From Steroidobacteraceae bacterium (lineage in GTDB: Bacteria > Pseudomonadota > Gammaproteobacteria > Steroidobacterales > Steroidobacteraceae), in contig JBILMJ010000010.1 of NCBI GenBank assembly GCA_044375575.1, forward strand, positions 2,282 to 66,281: 64,000 nt of DNA, in the 5' to 3' direction. Under the pieces are notes generated by a model. The model was not told where the DNA came from, ran no database searches, and worked only from the letters and a program-made list of their open reading frames with translations. Of the stretch, positions 35,894 through 46,300 are shown piece after piece. Numbering within the stretch: the first letter of the stretch is position 1; every line of letters starts with the position of its first letter. The translations under genes were made by a program, and so were the position numbers.

Positions 35894-37887
35894 TGCGCGG
35901 TAGTCCTTTGGCGACGATGGCCATGGCCAGCGCGCTGCTCGTGGCCTGCGGCGGCGGTGGTGGCGGAGGCAATACTCCCCCGAGTTCGAACACGCCTCCG
36001 CTCTCCGGCAGGAATGTCGATTTTTCGATGGCTGGCGTGTCGTACTCGACACCCACGGTATCCGGTACGACGAGCTCAGCCGGGGGCTACACCTACCGCT
36101 GCAACCCGTCCTGCGAAACTTTGACCTTTTCGATCGGTCCCATCACGGTCGGTACGGCCGCCGGGGCCTCTTCCTTGTCGCTCAAAGATTTACAAGGCGG
36201 TCTCGAAGGTGGGCTGCTGTCACCGACCACCGTCCGTCGCGTACAGTTTCTGATGACGCTCGACGGCGATGCCGATGTCGGCAACGGTATCGCGATCCCC
36301 TCCGAGCTCGCGCCTTCACTCGCCAACCGCTCACTCAACTTCAATGCGACGTCCTTCGATGCGGATCTCGCCTCGCTCGTCGACTATCTGAAGGGCGATG
36401 GCCGTCTCTCCTCCAGCTATCGCGCAGGCATGCAGATTCCATCTGCGGCGACTGCCAGAGCTATCGCCGAGCAAGCCGAAGCAATGGCGCGGGGCGTTTT
36501 GGTCGAGTCACCGACTTCCACGTCCATACCCGTCAGCGAAATCCGGAAATACGTCCTGCGCGTTCCTGATTCCTCCCTGATTGCGTACTCGGGAAACGCG
36601 TCCTCGCTAAAGAGCGCGTATCCGAGTGGGCTGCGCCCGGCGCTCGGCGCCGGCCTGTCCCTCATCTCGGGGACACCCGGTAACGTCATGCAACTGCGTA
36701 CGATCACCTCGCGTGGTATTTCGGTTGCTGCACCAAAATATTCTGATGGCGTATCGGTTCGGACGTCGGAGCTGCTACTCGGTACTTCGGCGAATAGTTC
36801 GCCATCCACCGGTACGATTACTTTGACGCCCACGTCTGCAGATTTGGTCTCGTTGACGTCACTGAAGACGGCCGACGGCGTGTCCTACTCGGGGCGTCCC
36901 ACGCCGACCGACTCCTCCGGCAGTGACGGGTGGCGCAACCTCGACGAAGATCTGCAGCCGCGGTCGCCGGAATTCGATCAACGGGGCCTCGATCCTGCGG
37001 GCGTGATCGAGGGTGACGCCGGAACGTATTGGGCTTGTGATCGTCGCGGGCCCTTCCTTCTGCAGTTCAATGCCCAAGGCCAATCGGTGCAGCGACTCGG
37101 CCCGGCGGGTAGCGCGGGTGCGTTACCCGATGTGAACCGACGACTGCCCGCGATACTCGAGGCGAGGCAACCGACCCTTGGCTGCGGCGGTGTCGCCGTG
37201 CGCACGACGAGTGGAGAGGTCGTGTTCGCATTGGGCGCGGCGCTAAACGTAAACGGACGCACCGCGAATTCGGCGCGGTTGCTCCGCCTCGTCGGGTTCA
37301 ACCCGCGGACGAGTGCCGTGCGGCAATTTGCCATGCCGATCCGCAGTACCGAGTTTTCGCTTCGGGTACTCGATCTCGAATCTTTGAGTGAAGATCGGGT
37401 GCTCGCGCTCGTGCGCTATCGAGACTCGAGTGCGACCGGCCCATATCGATGGGAGATCCGATCGATCGACCTTTCCAATGCCACCGAGATTTCATCTCGC
37501 GTGCTGACCTCTGGACCAAACGCGGGGCTCGCACTCGAATTCGGGTCGGCGACGGAGGTGGAGGCGAGCGGCGTCACCCTGGCGACCTCGACCACACTCG
37601 TCGAACTCGGCGCGCTCGGTTGGATCGCCGAGTCCGTAGAGGGTCTTGCACGGGGAAATTCCCAAACGCTCATCATCATCGGGCAAAGTAACGGCGGCGT
37701 GACGAGCCGGATTCGCGGCGGCGACGCCTCGTTGTCGGTGGCGGAACATCAGGTCGATCGAAACGGCTTGATCACGCCGCGCGCGGCGGGTAGTTCGACT
37801 GCGCCGGTGTTCGAGCTCAGCCCGTCTTCGGTCGAATCACGTCAGATCGTGATCTGGTCGTTGCAGTTGCGTACCCCGGCGAACTGA
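35890..37887 (+). CDS. Large lipoprotein, hypothetical (possible beta-propeller / phytase-like esterase fold)
   Basis: 665 aa. Lipobox ALLVAC is followed by a Gly7 run. The fold suggestion is weak and rests on repetitive beta-rich sequence only. Confidence 0.4.
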   Translation: MMRGSPLATMAMASALLVACGGGGGGGNTPPSSNTPPLSGRNVDFSMAGVSYSTPTVSGTTSSAGGYTYRCNPSCETLTFSIGPITVGTAAGASSLSLKDLQGGLEGGLLSPTTVRRVQFLMTLDGDADVGNGIAIPSELAPSLANRSLNFNATSFDADLASLVDYLKGDGRLSSSYRAGMQIPSAATARAIAEQAEAMARGVLVESPTSTSIPVSEIRKYVLRVPDSSLIAYSGNASSLKSAYPSGLRPALGAGLSLISGTPGNVMQLRTITSRGISVAAPKYSDGVSVRTSELLLGTSANSSPSTGTITLTPTSADLVSLTSLKTADGVSYSGRPTPTDSSGSDGWRNLDEDLQPRSPEFDQRGLDPAGVIEGDAGTYWACDRRGPFLLQFNAQGQSVQRLGPAGSAGALPDVNRRLPAILEARQPTLGCGGVAVRTTSGEVVFALGAALNVNGRTANSARLLRLVGFNPRTSAVRQFAMPIRSTEFSLRVLDLESLSEDRVLALVRYRDSSATGPYRWEIRSIDLSNATEISSRVLTSGPNAGLALEFGSATEVEASGVTLATSTTLVELGALGWIAESVEGLARGNSQTLIIIGQSNGGVTSRIRGGDASLSVAEHQVDRNGLITPRAAGSSTAPVFELSPSSVESRQIVIWSLQLRTPAN

Positions 37888-37903
37888 TTTGCGCCCCGTC
37901 GGA

Positions 37904-38659
37904 TCATTCCGACTTGATGCACTCCTCGCCGCCCCGCAGTAGCGCCGCACAAACTCGATCAGCTTCCTCGTCGCTATCGAGCTGCACGCGCAGTCGATAG
38001 AGCGATGACCCGCGGAGCGGAGACGCATCGATCACCGGCGAAAGGTCAGCGAGTTCGACGAACGAACGCTGCAGAAAGGTCCAACCCTTTCTGGCAGAGG
38101 CCGTCGAAGAAAACGCCCCGAGCTGCACGAAGTGTTTTTTCGTCGGAGCAGGCTGTTTGACGATCGCGGACGCTGGAGGGGTAGCCGTTGCCGCCGGCGC
38201 TTGGGGCGCCTCTGCGATCGGCGCTTGGGGCGCAGCGGCCATCGGCGCATCGGAATCGGCGACCGCCGGCGCTTCCGGCACAGCGACTTCGGTAGCGGCC
38301 TCACTCGTCGCGTTCGTCAGCTTGTCGCGTCGGCTTGCGGCGAGCTTGCTCCATACGCCTTCAGGGTGTATCGACAGATACTTCGAATAGGCATCCACCG
38401 TATCTTCGCGTCGAGCGACGCTCCAATCACGCTGGTCGATGAGGGCATCGCGACGAGCCCTCGCCTTGTCGGCATGCTCGCTTTTGGGGAAGCGCTCGAG
38501 GAAGGATGCGTACGCATCGGGCGTGTCGGTGCTGACGGTGGTCTCCCAAGCATCATCTGTCTGACTGCATGCCGCGAAGATGGCGAGGCACACCGAGGCC
38601 AGGGCGATTCGAGATAATCGAGAAACTTGGACCTTCAAGAGAGACGCTCCATGCAGCAA
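37904..38659 (-). CDS. SPOR-domain lipoprotein
   Basis: Lipobox IFAAC, then an Ala/Pro-rich linker. The C-terminus FVQLGAFSSTASARKGWTFLQ...SSLYRLRVQLDSDEEADRVCAAL is a SPOR (peptidoglycan-binding) domain pattern. TTG start, uncertain. Confidence 0.7.
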   Translation of the reverse strand: MLHGASLLKVQVSRLSRIALASVCLAIFAACSQTDDAWETTVSTDTPDAYASFLERFPKSEHADKARARRDALIDQRDWSVARREDTVDAYSKYLSIHPEGVWSKLAASRRDKLTNATSEAATEVAVPEAPAVADSDAPMAAAPQAPIAEAPQAPAATATPPASAIVKQPAPTKKHFVQLGAFSSTASARKGWTFLQRSFVELADLSPVIDASPLRGSSLYRLRVQLDSDEEADRVCAALLRGGEECIKSE

Positions 38660-38715
38660 GGTCGAGCATTCGACCTGATATGCCGTGGGAGTATATCTCG
38701 CTGCAACTCAACCGC

Positions 38716-39687
38716 CTAACGAGCCGAGTCGCGGGTATCACCTGAAAACTTTGGGTCGAATGCCTCTCGATAAAACGCCCAATGCTGGTCCCCGAGCGCC
38801 TGCAAAATCCCCAATGGATCGTGACCGATGCCTTCGACGATGATCCAGTCGTGAGGGATACCGAGACCGACGAGATGTTCGTGGAAGTCCCGATTGTTCG
38901 AGAAAGTGTTATCCCGATCGCCGATGACGAGACGCACCCGAGACCATTCCTTGAGACGGACTGCGTTCTGCGTCGCCAATTGCCGCGGACTCACGGCGAC
39001 GAAATGGGCCGGATCACTTCCATAGACCTCACGCATCACGTCGGCTGCGGTCTTTCCACTCGCCCGCGGCGCTTGGGTCAGGGTGTCTTGCAGCGGTCCC
39101 GCACCGACGATCGACACCGAGCCAAAGAGCTCCGGAAACTTGAACCCTAATCTCGCTGCACCGTAACCGCCCATGCTGAATCCGTCGAGCAGTCGCCCCT
39201 CGCGCGTCGTGATCGTGCGGTAGTTCGCATCGATATGCTGGACGAGATCGCGAGTGATGATGGTTTCCAGCGGTGCGGATCCATCTTTCCAGTCGACGTA
39301 CATGCCAAGTCGTAATCCATTAACGAACACCATCAGGAATGGCGGTACACGTCCTGATTCGATTGCGTCATCGACGAGCTGGGCAAGCGGCCTGATTCCG
39401 CGAAGCCCCCCGCCTGAACCGTGCAGCCAATACACCACGGGATAGCGACGCTGCCCGTCGACCGAGTAGCCCGCTGGCGTATAGAGGTGATAACTGACGC
39501 GCGTGCCGGCCGCGCGACTCTCGAAGCTATGGTACGAAACACGAGGCGCCTCGATCTTGGGGGTCATCCACTCCCGCGCAGGGACTTGGGCTTTTGCCTC
39601 GCTGCCGAATAACAGGGTCGCCACGATCGTAACGACCGCCGCGAATCGTGCGAAATATGTCAGGGTGATGGTGCGATCAGTTGACAA
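38716..39687 (-). CDS. Secreted alpha/beta-hydrolase (esterase D / enterochelin-esterase-like)
   Basis: 323 aa with a signal peptide. It has YPVVYWLHGSGGG and the nucleophile elbow GFSMGGYGA. TTG start. Confidence 0.65.
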   Translation of the reverse strand: MSTDRTITLTYFARFAAVVTIVATLLFGSEAKAQVPAREWMTPKIEAPRVSYHSFESRAAGTRVSYHLYTPAGYSVDGQRRYPVVYWLHGSGGGLRGIRPLAQLVDDAIESGRVPPFLMVFVNGLRLGMYVDWKDGSAPLETIITRDLVQHIDANYRTITTREGRLLDGFSMGGYGAARLGFKFPELFGSVSIVGAGPLQDTLTQAPRASGKTAADVMREVYGSDPAHFVAVSPRQLATQNAVRLKEWSRVRLVIGDRDNTFSNNRDFHEHLVGLGIPHDWIIVEGIGHDPLGILQALGDQHWAFYREAFDPKFSGDTRDSAR

Positions 39688-41905
39688 GTAGCCTCCCTAA
39701 AAACTGTACATCGTCGAAGGCATCATTATTGACCGGACCGTTCCGCACAACCGTCAGGCCTCGCGACGGAATGACATACAGGCGCTGATCAAAAGCCCCA
39801 GCCGCCATCACGATGTCGTCAGGGATACGCGGGTCGTCGATGATGGGCTTAATTTGCCTCGTGAACTGGTTCTTGTTGTTCGTGTCGATGGTCGTAGCAA
39901 GTGCAGCGGACACCGGCCGCTTGAGCCACCAATAAAATCCATAAGCGGGATGCGCAGTGTTACCGATAAATGCCTGGTCGAAGAACGACCTTTGCAGCAA
40001 CGACGGGCCAGTCCAGCTCCCCTCCATCGTTCGACGAATGAATTCGCCAAACTTCATCCAGTCACGCGCTGTGACGTAGGCGCCCCCGGAAAGCTGTGGC
40101 TTCCCATCGGCGAAGTTGGTACCCCATCGCAGCGAGGTGATCCCGAGCGGTTGCAGGAGCTTTCGATTCAGGTAGTCCGCTACCGACTCTCCTCCGAGAC
40201 GTCGTTCGAGTGCGAGTCCGAAAATATTGGGATCTCCACTGTAAATAAAGACCGTCCCGGGCTCATTGATCGCCCGCGCAGGTAGATAATCGTTCCAGCC
40301 GGTTAAGTCGTTAAGCTCCTCGAGACCGCTCGTCATCGTAAGGAGATGGCGAAACGTGATTTTCGACTTCCGAGTATCGCCCTGCCATTCAGTGAGTGCG
40401 CGTTGTGCAACAGGCTCATCGAGTGTGATCAGACCGTCTGATGCTGCGAGAGCCCCGAGCATTCCGGTAAACCCCTTCGTACCACTCGCAAGCAGCTGAA
40501 TCCGATCCGCCGCTCCACCGTTCCCGTACGACTCCTCAATCACTGCGCCGTTATGCATCACGATCAGCGTTTGTCCGCCGACGGAAAAATTATAGTCGCG
40601 CGCCGCCTGAAGTGCGGCGGCACTCGGCGCCGATGAAGTCGCGCTCGTTAGGCGAGTTTTGAAGAATGACCAAGCGACTTCGGCAAACTCGATATCGCGG
40701 TTCTGTATACCTCGATCAGCATTGGAGGGTACGAGCACGATACGACTCGCAGCGGCATGCCCTGCGCCGTCGAGACGCCACCACTCGATCGGTGAACTCC
40801 CCGAATAGACGAATCGATTCGCTGGACCACCATCGTTGACATCCAGATCGACACGCGTCGAAACCGGCGCTACTCCTGCGAGTCCGTTCGTATTCAGCCA
40901 AACATCACGCGTCGCCTCGGCACTGATGACGCGGCCGCGGTTACACGCTCCGCCAAGATTGGCGACGCAGCCACCGGTGTAAGGCATCAAGGTGTCTGAG
41001 GCTCCATGAACCATCAGAATCGGAACTCGACGGGATGGTGCGCCGCTGCACGCACCCGGCTTCGGATTTTGCGGAAGATTTCCACTCGACGTTGCGACCG
41101 CCTCGACGTTATTGGCTCGAGTGATCGCGTATGCGAGCGTCATCTGCGCGCCATTGGAACCCCCAGTCATGAAAATCTTGGTCGAAGGCAGTTTGTACTG
41201 GCTACGCAACCTCTCGATCAGGGCGTCCAGAAATCCGATGTCATCGGCATCGCTCGCGACGTCATTGTCGGCACGGCAATCCGACCACCCCGCGCCGCCG
41301 TCGCGCGCGGGCAAGCCCCCGGGGTAAACCACCACGAAACCTTCCCGATCGGCGACAGACCGAAACACTGACAAAGGATGTGCACCCGTATTGGCGATGT
41401 TGAGACCTTCACCGCCGCCGCCGTGCAGTACGAGCACCACAGCCGTCGGCGAGGTAGTGACCCCCGCAGGGACATGCACACGATAATCACGGACGACTCC
41501 GTTGACCTGAATCGTCGCGTCGCTGAGCCCGGAGGGATAAGGCGCTGTACTAGCAGGCGTCACCGTGACGGTAGTAGCGGCCGTGACGTTCCCCGCCGAA
41601 TTACTCGCTGTCAGTACATAGGTGGTGGTGGTCGTGGGCGTCACCACCTTGTTCGTCGTGCCCGTGACATCGCCGACCGCGTTATTGATCGTAAGGCTGG
41701 TTGCGCCCGACGTTGTCCAAGACAATGTCGACGTTTGCCCAGCCGTGAGGCTCGCAGGATTCGCTGAAAAACCAGTGATCGTCGGGAGCGATATCGAGGG
41801 CGGTGGGTTTCCATCGCTTACGGCGGCACCGCCTCCACCTCCACCACACGCCGTAGTGGCGAGGATAACCATCAACAAAATGAGTGAGCCTACCCGTCTT
41901 CGCAT
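39677..41905 (-). CDS. Three-module lipoprotein: Ig-like domain, PHB-depolymerase/LpqC-type esterase and beta-lactamase-family serine hydrolase
   Basis: The ATG at 41905 gives MRRRVGSLILLMVILATTACGGGGGG. The Ig-like block reads PASLTAGQTSTLSWTTSGATSLTINN...TTTTYVLTASNSAGNVTAATTVTV. The esterase module has VLVLHGGGGEG and GGSNGAQM (GxSxG). The C-terminal module has ASGTKGF (SxxK). Confidence 0.6.
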   Translation of the reverse strand: MRRRVGSLILLMVILATTACGGGGGGAAVSDGNPPPSISLPTITGFSANPASLTAGQTSTLSWTTSGATSLTINNAVGDVTGTTNKVVTPTTTTTYVLTASNSAGNVTAATTVTVTPASTAPYPSGLSDATIQVNGVVRDYRVHVPAGVTTSPTAVVLVLHGGGGEGLNIANTGAHPLSVFRSVADREGFVVVYPGGLPARDGGAGWSDCRADNDVASDADDIGFLDALIERLRSQYKLPSTKIFMTGGSNGAQMTLAYAITRANNVEAVATSSGNLPQNPKPGACSGAPSRRVPILMVHGASDTLMPYTGGCVANLGGACNRGRVISAEATRDVWLNTNGLAGVAPVSTRVDLDVNDGGPANRFVYSGSSPIEWWRLDGAGHAAASRIVLVPSNADRGIQNRDIEFAEVAWSFFKTRLTSATSSAPSAAALQAARDYNFSVGGQTLIVMHNGAVIEESYGNGGAADRIQLLASGTKGFTGMLGALAASDGLITLDEPVAQRALTEWQGDTRKSKITFRHLLTMTSGLEELNDLTGWNDYLPARAINEPGTVFIYSGDPNIFGLALERRLGGESVADYLNRKLLQPLGITSLRWGTNFADGKPQLSGGAYVTARDWMKFGEFIRRTMEGSWTGPSLLQRSFFDQAFIGNTAHPAYGFYWWLKRPVSAALATTIDTNNKNQFTRQIKPIIDDPRIPDDIVMAAGAFDQRLYVIPSRGLTVVRNGPVNNDAFDDVQFLGRLLVN

Positions 41906-42023
41906 CGTCGACCTCTTCAACAACCGTCACAAAGATTGACTTATCTTTGTACCGCCATTGAAGTACGCCCTAAAGGCCGTTACCAGTGAAGATGCGTGAA
42001 GATTGGCAAAGTTCTCGACAGGA

Positions 42024-43325
42024 CTAGTCTCGTATTCCGAGGGCAGACATCCACTTGGCAAACCGTCGCTGATCGAACGCATTGTCGTCGCGGAGGTCGT
42101 CGAAGAGTCGATCGATCTCCGCGCGCTTGACTCGATCGCGCTTGAGGCCGGCCAAGATCACCACCATACCCATGGCGGCCTGCTCCGCTGCCGCAGGGTC
42201 GGGAAACTCACCTCGACGTGCGGCCTCGACGAGGGTATCGATGACCGCGTTCATCTGCGCGGCAGACCAAGTCATCGAGCTCGACTGCCGCTCGACAGCG
42301 GACAAGGCCTCTCGGGTTTGCGTCAACGCCATCCGCAATGACGCCGCATCCCCGTGTGCCGCTTTCTGCAATGCCACGATCGCGCGGTCGAGATCCGAGC
42401 TTGCTGCCAAAGGCAACGCAGCCACAACGCGCTGCAATACCAGAAGATGAGCGTCCTGCCATCGCAGTGCACCAGGTTCAGTGCCGGTGGCACTTGCGCT
42501 GCCCCATGCCGTCATTCGCAGATCGCGGTGACAGGAGTGACACGCGAACACCCCAAAGTCGGGAATGGGGCCAAGTCGACCTGTTCCATGCTGTTCGATG
42601 AGCTTCAACTGCCGACGGGACGACGCGACGAGCCCGGCGATCCACAGAGACGGGGCATTCTTCCCGGAGTCACGAGGGTAATGTTCGCGCCCGCCGCTCG
42701 TACGCCATAACTCGCGATAGGTATCGAGTTCGAAGACGAGTCTCGGGTGACCCGCCGCCATCATGCGATGGGTGGCAAAGCGATCTTGATCCCCGACGTG
42801 GCATGCAAGACAGGTACCCGCGAGTACCTCGGGCCTTTCCAACGCACGCAGTCCGTTGGAAAGATTGTCACGCCGCGACACCTTCGGACTCTGATGGTGC
42901 GTCGCCAGCCATTTCTCTGCGCCACCATGACAGGCCTCGCAACCGATGCCATCTTCGAGCTGGAATCTTGCGCCGCGCTGTGCGGCAGGCACCGCATCGG
43001 CATGACACGCCAGACACGCCGCCTCCTGATGGGCCGGGCCAAGACCCATCCGTCGTACGATCTCTTTCGACTGCGCATTCAGCAGCGTCTTGTACGCCTT
43101 GGAATGCGGATCGAACTGCGACCACGTGGTGTACTCGTTCTGAAACGCACGGTCGTAAACTTTGAGCGGCTGACTCGACCCATGGCATAGCGACGACGCG
43201 CAGGTGGCGACGCCCTCGTGACGCAGAGTGGGTTCTTCCGCTGCGACCCCGACCGTCACCCCGAATGTCGATACGGCGGCCACACTTGCAGCGACCCAAC
43301 TCCAACAAAGCCGTCCCCATGTCAT
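42024..43325 (-). CDS. Periplasmic/secreted multiheme c-type cytochrome (5 heme-binding motifs) with helical C-terminal domain
   Basis: The ATG at 43325 forms an ATGA overlap with the upstream stop. The signal peptide is MTWGRLCWSWVAASVAAVSTFGVTVGVAAEE. The heme motifs are CASSLCH (CX4CH), CLACH, CEACH, CLACH and CHSCH. Confidence 0.8.
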   Translation of the reverse strand: MTWGRLCWSWVAASVAAVSTFGVTVGVAAEEPTLRHEGVATCASSLCHGSSQPLKVYDRAFQNEYTTWSQFDPHSKAYKTLLNAQSKEIVRRMGLGPAHQEAACLACHADAVPAAQRGARFQLEDGIGCEACHGGAEKWLATHHQSPKVSRRDNLSNGLRALERPEVLAGTCLACHVGDQDRFATHRMMAAGHPRLVFELDTYRELWRTSGGREHYPRDSGKNAPSLWIAGLVASSRRQLKLIEQHGTGRLGPIPDFGVFACHSCHRDLRMTAWGSASATGTEPGALRWQDAHLLVLQRVVAALPLAASSDLDRAIVALQKAAHGDAASLRMALTQTREALSAVERQSSSMTWSAAQMNAVIDTLVEAARRGEFPDPAAAEQAAMGMVVILAGLKRDRVKRAEIDRLFDDLRDDNAFDQRRFAKWMSALGIRD

Positions 43326-46300
43326 CGCGTGGCTCTCCCTTTGACCGATTGCACCGCGGGAGTGTCCTCGACGAACCAAGGCTCGCCCTCGCTGTCGAGA
43401 TAGAGGCGCTGCATTTCCTGCAGGTTGAAGGGCCTTGACCCCCTGCGACCGAACACCGCGACTTGACCGCCACTCTCATCGACCGCGCGATCGCGCTCGA
43501 GCGGTCGCGAAAGGCTGAGCGCGGGTAACTTCGTCGGCTTGTACGCGATCAATTCCGGACGAGGCGCCGGACTGAAGCCATAAAAATTCGGTTGGGTCGA
43601 CGGGCTCGTCAGCTGCACCACCTTCAAGCCCCCTTTTCCATCTGCGACGTACGCGAATAACGACGCGTTGGTCGAGGCGATCATCACGTCACGCGAGTCG
43701 ACGAGTCGACCATCGGCATTCCATGACCGAACGAGACGCGGCGCATGCGGACGCTCGACATCGATGATCGCCATGCCTTCACGACCATTGGCGACATACG
43801 CATAAGTCCGCGCGACCGTGAACCCACCCGCTTGGGCGAGCGTAACCATTGCTTGCGGTAACTTGCGCGGACGCGCGGGTGAAGTGACATCGATCACCTC
43901 GAATCCGCGAGCCGTCGTAACGAAAAGATAACGAAACTGCAGCGCCACGGCGCGGGGCGATTCGAACGGTATCTCCGCGACGATCTTCGGAGTGCTCGGT
44001 ACCGACAAATCGGAGATGACGACTGCGCGATCGGTGACGACATAGGCAAGGTTGCCGGCGATGGTGAGATGACGGGCACCAGTCAATTTGCCGTCGGGGT
44101 TCCAGGTCACGAAGCGCTTGAGAAAGTTGTTCCTGAACTCACCATCGGCGAGCGTATTGATGTCGACCAGCACGAGCCCTTCGACGGCGTCCGTGATCAC
44201 CGCAAAGTTGTAGATCGGCAGGAACGGCTGCTCCAGATTGTCCTTGCGCATGAGGTCACCCTCGTTGCGCGGCGGATGGACGGGCTGAGTGGTGGCCAAG
44301 GCCACGCAGGTGGCATTCGCGGTCTTGACCTGCGTATCGTGACCGAGCGGCGAAAACGGCGCGCTGATCAATTTTTGGCTGATGCCCTTATTGGCGATTC
44401 CCGCGGCATCGAGTACACGCAGACCGCGTTTTCCCTCGGCAGAAAACACGTATTCGCCACGAAGCTGTACGCAGCCGACCGCATCACCCTTGAGGGCACT
44501 CAGCCGCGGCAGCTCACGATCTCGACCGAGATGGTCCGAGTACCACTTCGGATATGCGTAACGATGCAGGTAACTCCCGATGACCGCCTGCGGTTCATCC
44601 CACTCGGTGACCTCGATCGCCGTGACCCCACCCTCGGTGCCCACCCACGCGTTGAGCCCGGCGAAATTCATGAACTGCGTGCCGAAGCCCAGTGTCTGCG
44701 CCATGATGGCGTTGTTGTCGCTTTCTTTGGCCAGATGACAGTCGCTGCAGGTCTTGGTTTCGGTCTTGCGCTCGGTATGCGGATAATGCGCGTTCATCGC
44801 CTGCGAGCTGTATCCCGATGCCGCGATCGGCGGCTGCTGAACGTAAATACGTTCCCGGTTCGCGTTCGTCGAAGACAAGACGAGCGCGGATGATGAGCGG
44901 ACCGGCGCCATCTTCCCGCCTTCGCTCGGGCCACGCCAGCCGAGCATGAAGACATCCTCACGCAACACCTGCGGGTTGTAGGTTGCAAAGTTTCGTGTCT
45001 CTCCGCCTTCGTAACGATGGCGGGACGTCTTGGCGTTCGCCTCGATCGGCAGATGGCATCCCCCGCAGCTCGTGGTCCACGGGGTGTGACAGGTGTAGCA
45101 CTCCATCTTGTCGTCGTTGTGGGCGAGCATTGCCCACGGAATATCGGGTCCCCACCGCTGATTCTTGGCGTCCTTGGCCATGGTCTTCGCGCGCGCCGCT
45201 TTCGCGTTGTAATGAGCACTACCCGGCGTGACGCTGTCCTTCACTTGTGACACTTGCCACTCGAGGCCAGGGGTCACGGCCGATCTTTGAACGAGCGTAT
45301 CGCCGCGCCATTCGAATCGCAGCTTTCCATCAGGGTTACGAATGCGCGCGAGATCAGTGCCCGATTGCGGTGCGGCTGGCCCTGAGGTGCGCAGCGTTGC
45401 CGTCGCTGCGGTGGTGCCATGACAGTCCTTGCAATCGATTTCGACAGCTGCGGCGACGGATCCATGCAAATAACCGTTACCGTGAGAGTCCTGCGCAAAA
45501 TGACAATCGACGCAGTGCATGCCTACGTCGACATGAATCGAGGACATCTGTACGGTTTTCTTCCACTTCAGAGGATCGTCGTTCTCGATGATCCGACCCT
45601 CAGCGTCGAGCAGATTGCCCTGGCGATCCCGCTTGTGTACCGCACGGAAGTTCCATCCGTGTCCGTGGTAATCGGCGAATTGCGTGTCTTTCAATTGCGG
45701 GTTGAGCTCGCTCACGCCCTTCAGGAACTCGAGGTCCGCCCACTTCCCTCGCGGTGCTGCACCCTCAGGATTTCGGTCGAGTACCTGCCGAATCTTCTCC
45801 GGCGTCGGGAACTGTTGTTCAGACGGCCACATGGCCGGAGCATCTGACTCGTAGTCCCACATCGTGTAGCCGAGGAACGAGTTGATGAACATGTTCGGCT
45901 GATGCATGTGGCAGATCATGCATTGGCTGGTGGGAATAGAACGGGTGAAGGCGTGGGTCAGCGGGTGCCCACTCTGATCTTTGGGAATCGTCGGATCCAA
46001 AGTTTGCGTCCGACCGTCATGCCCGAATTTCGCATAAGGGCCGGAGTGTCGTGGATCGCGATCGTTCGCATAGACGACATGGCAACTCGTGCAGCCTGAC
46101 GATCGGAAATCGCCAGGATTGTCGTTGGTACCCATAAACCACATCAGCGGATCGTTCAAACGGGTCTTGTGAATATTGAGCACCGGCACGGCGATTCTTC
46201 CGCCCGTGCCCGGCCCACGATTCGACTGCTTGATGTCCGGCCGCCCGGGCTCCTCGAGTCGTTGAATTTGACCTAGTGCGTTGGGTATCCCGGTTTCGGG

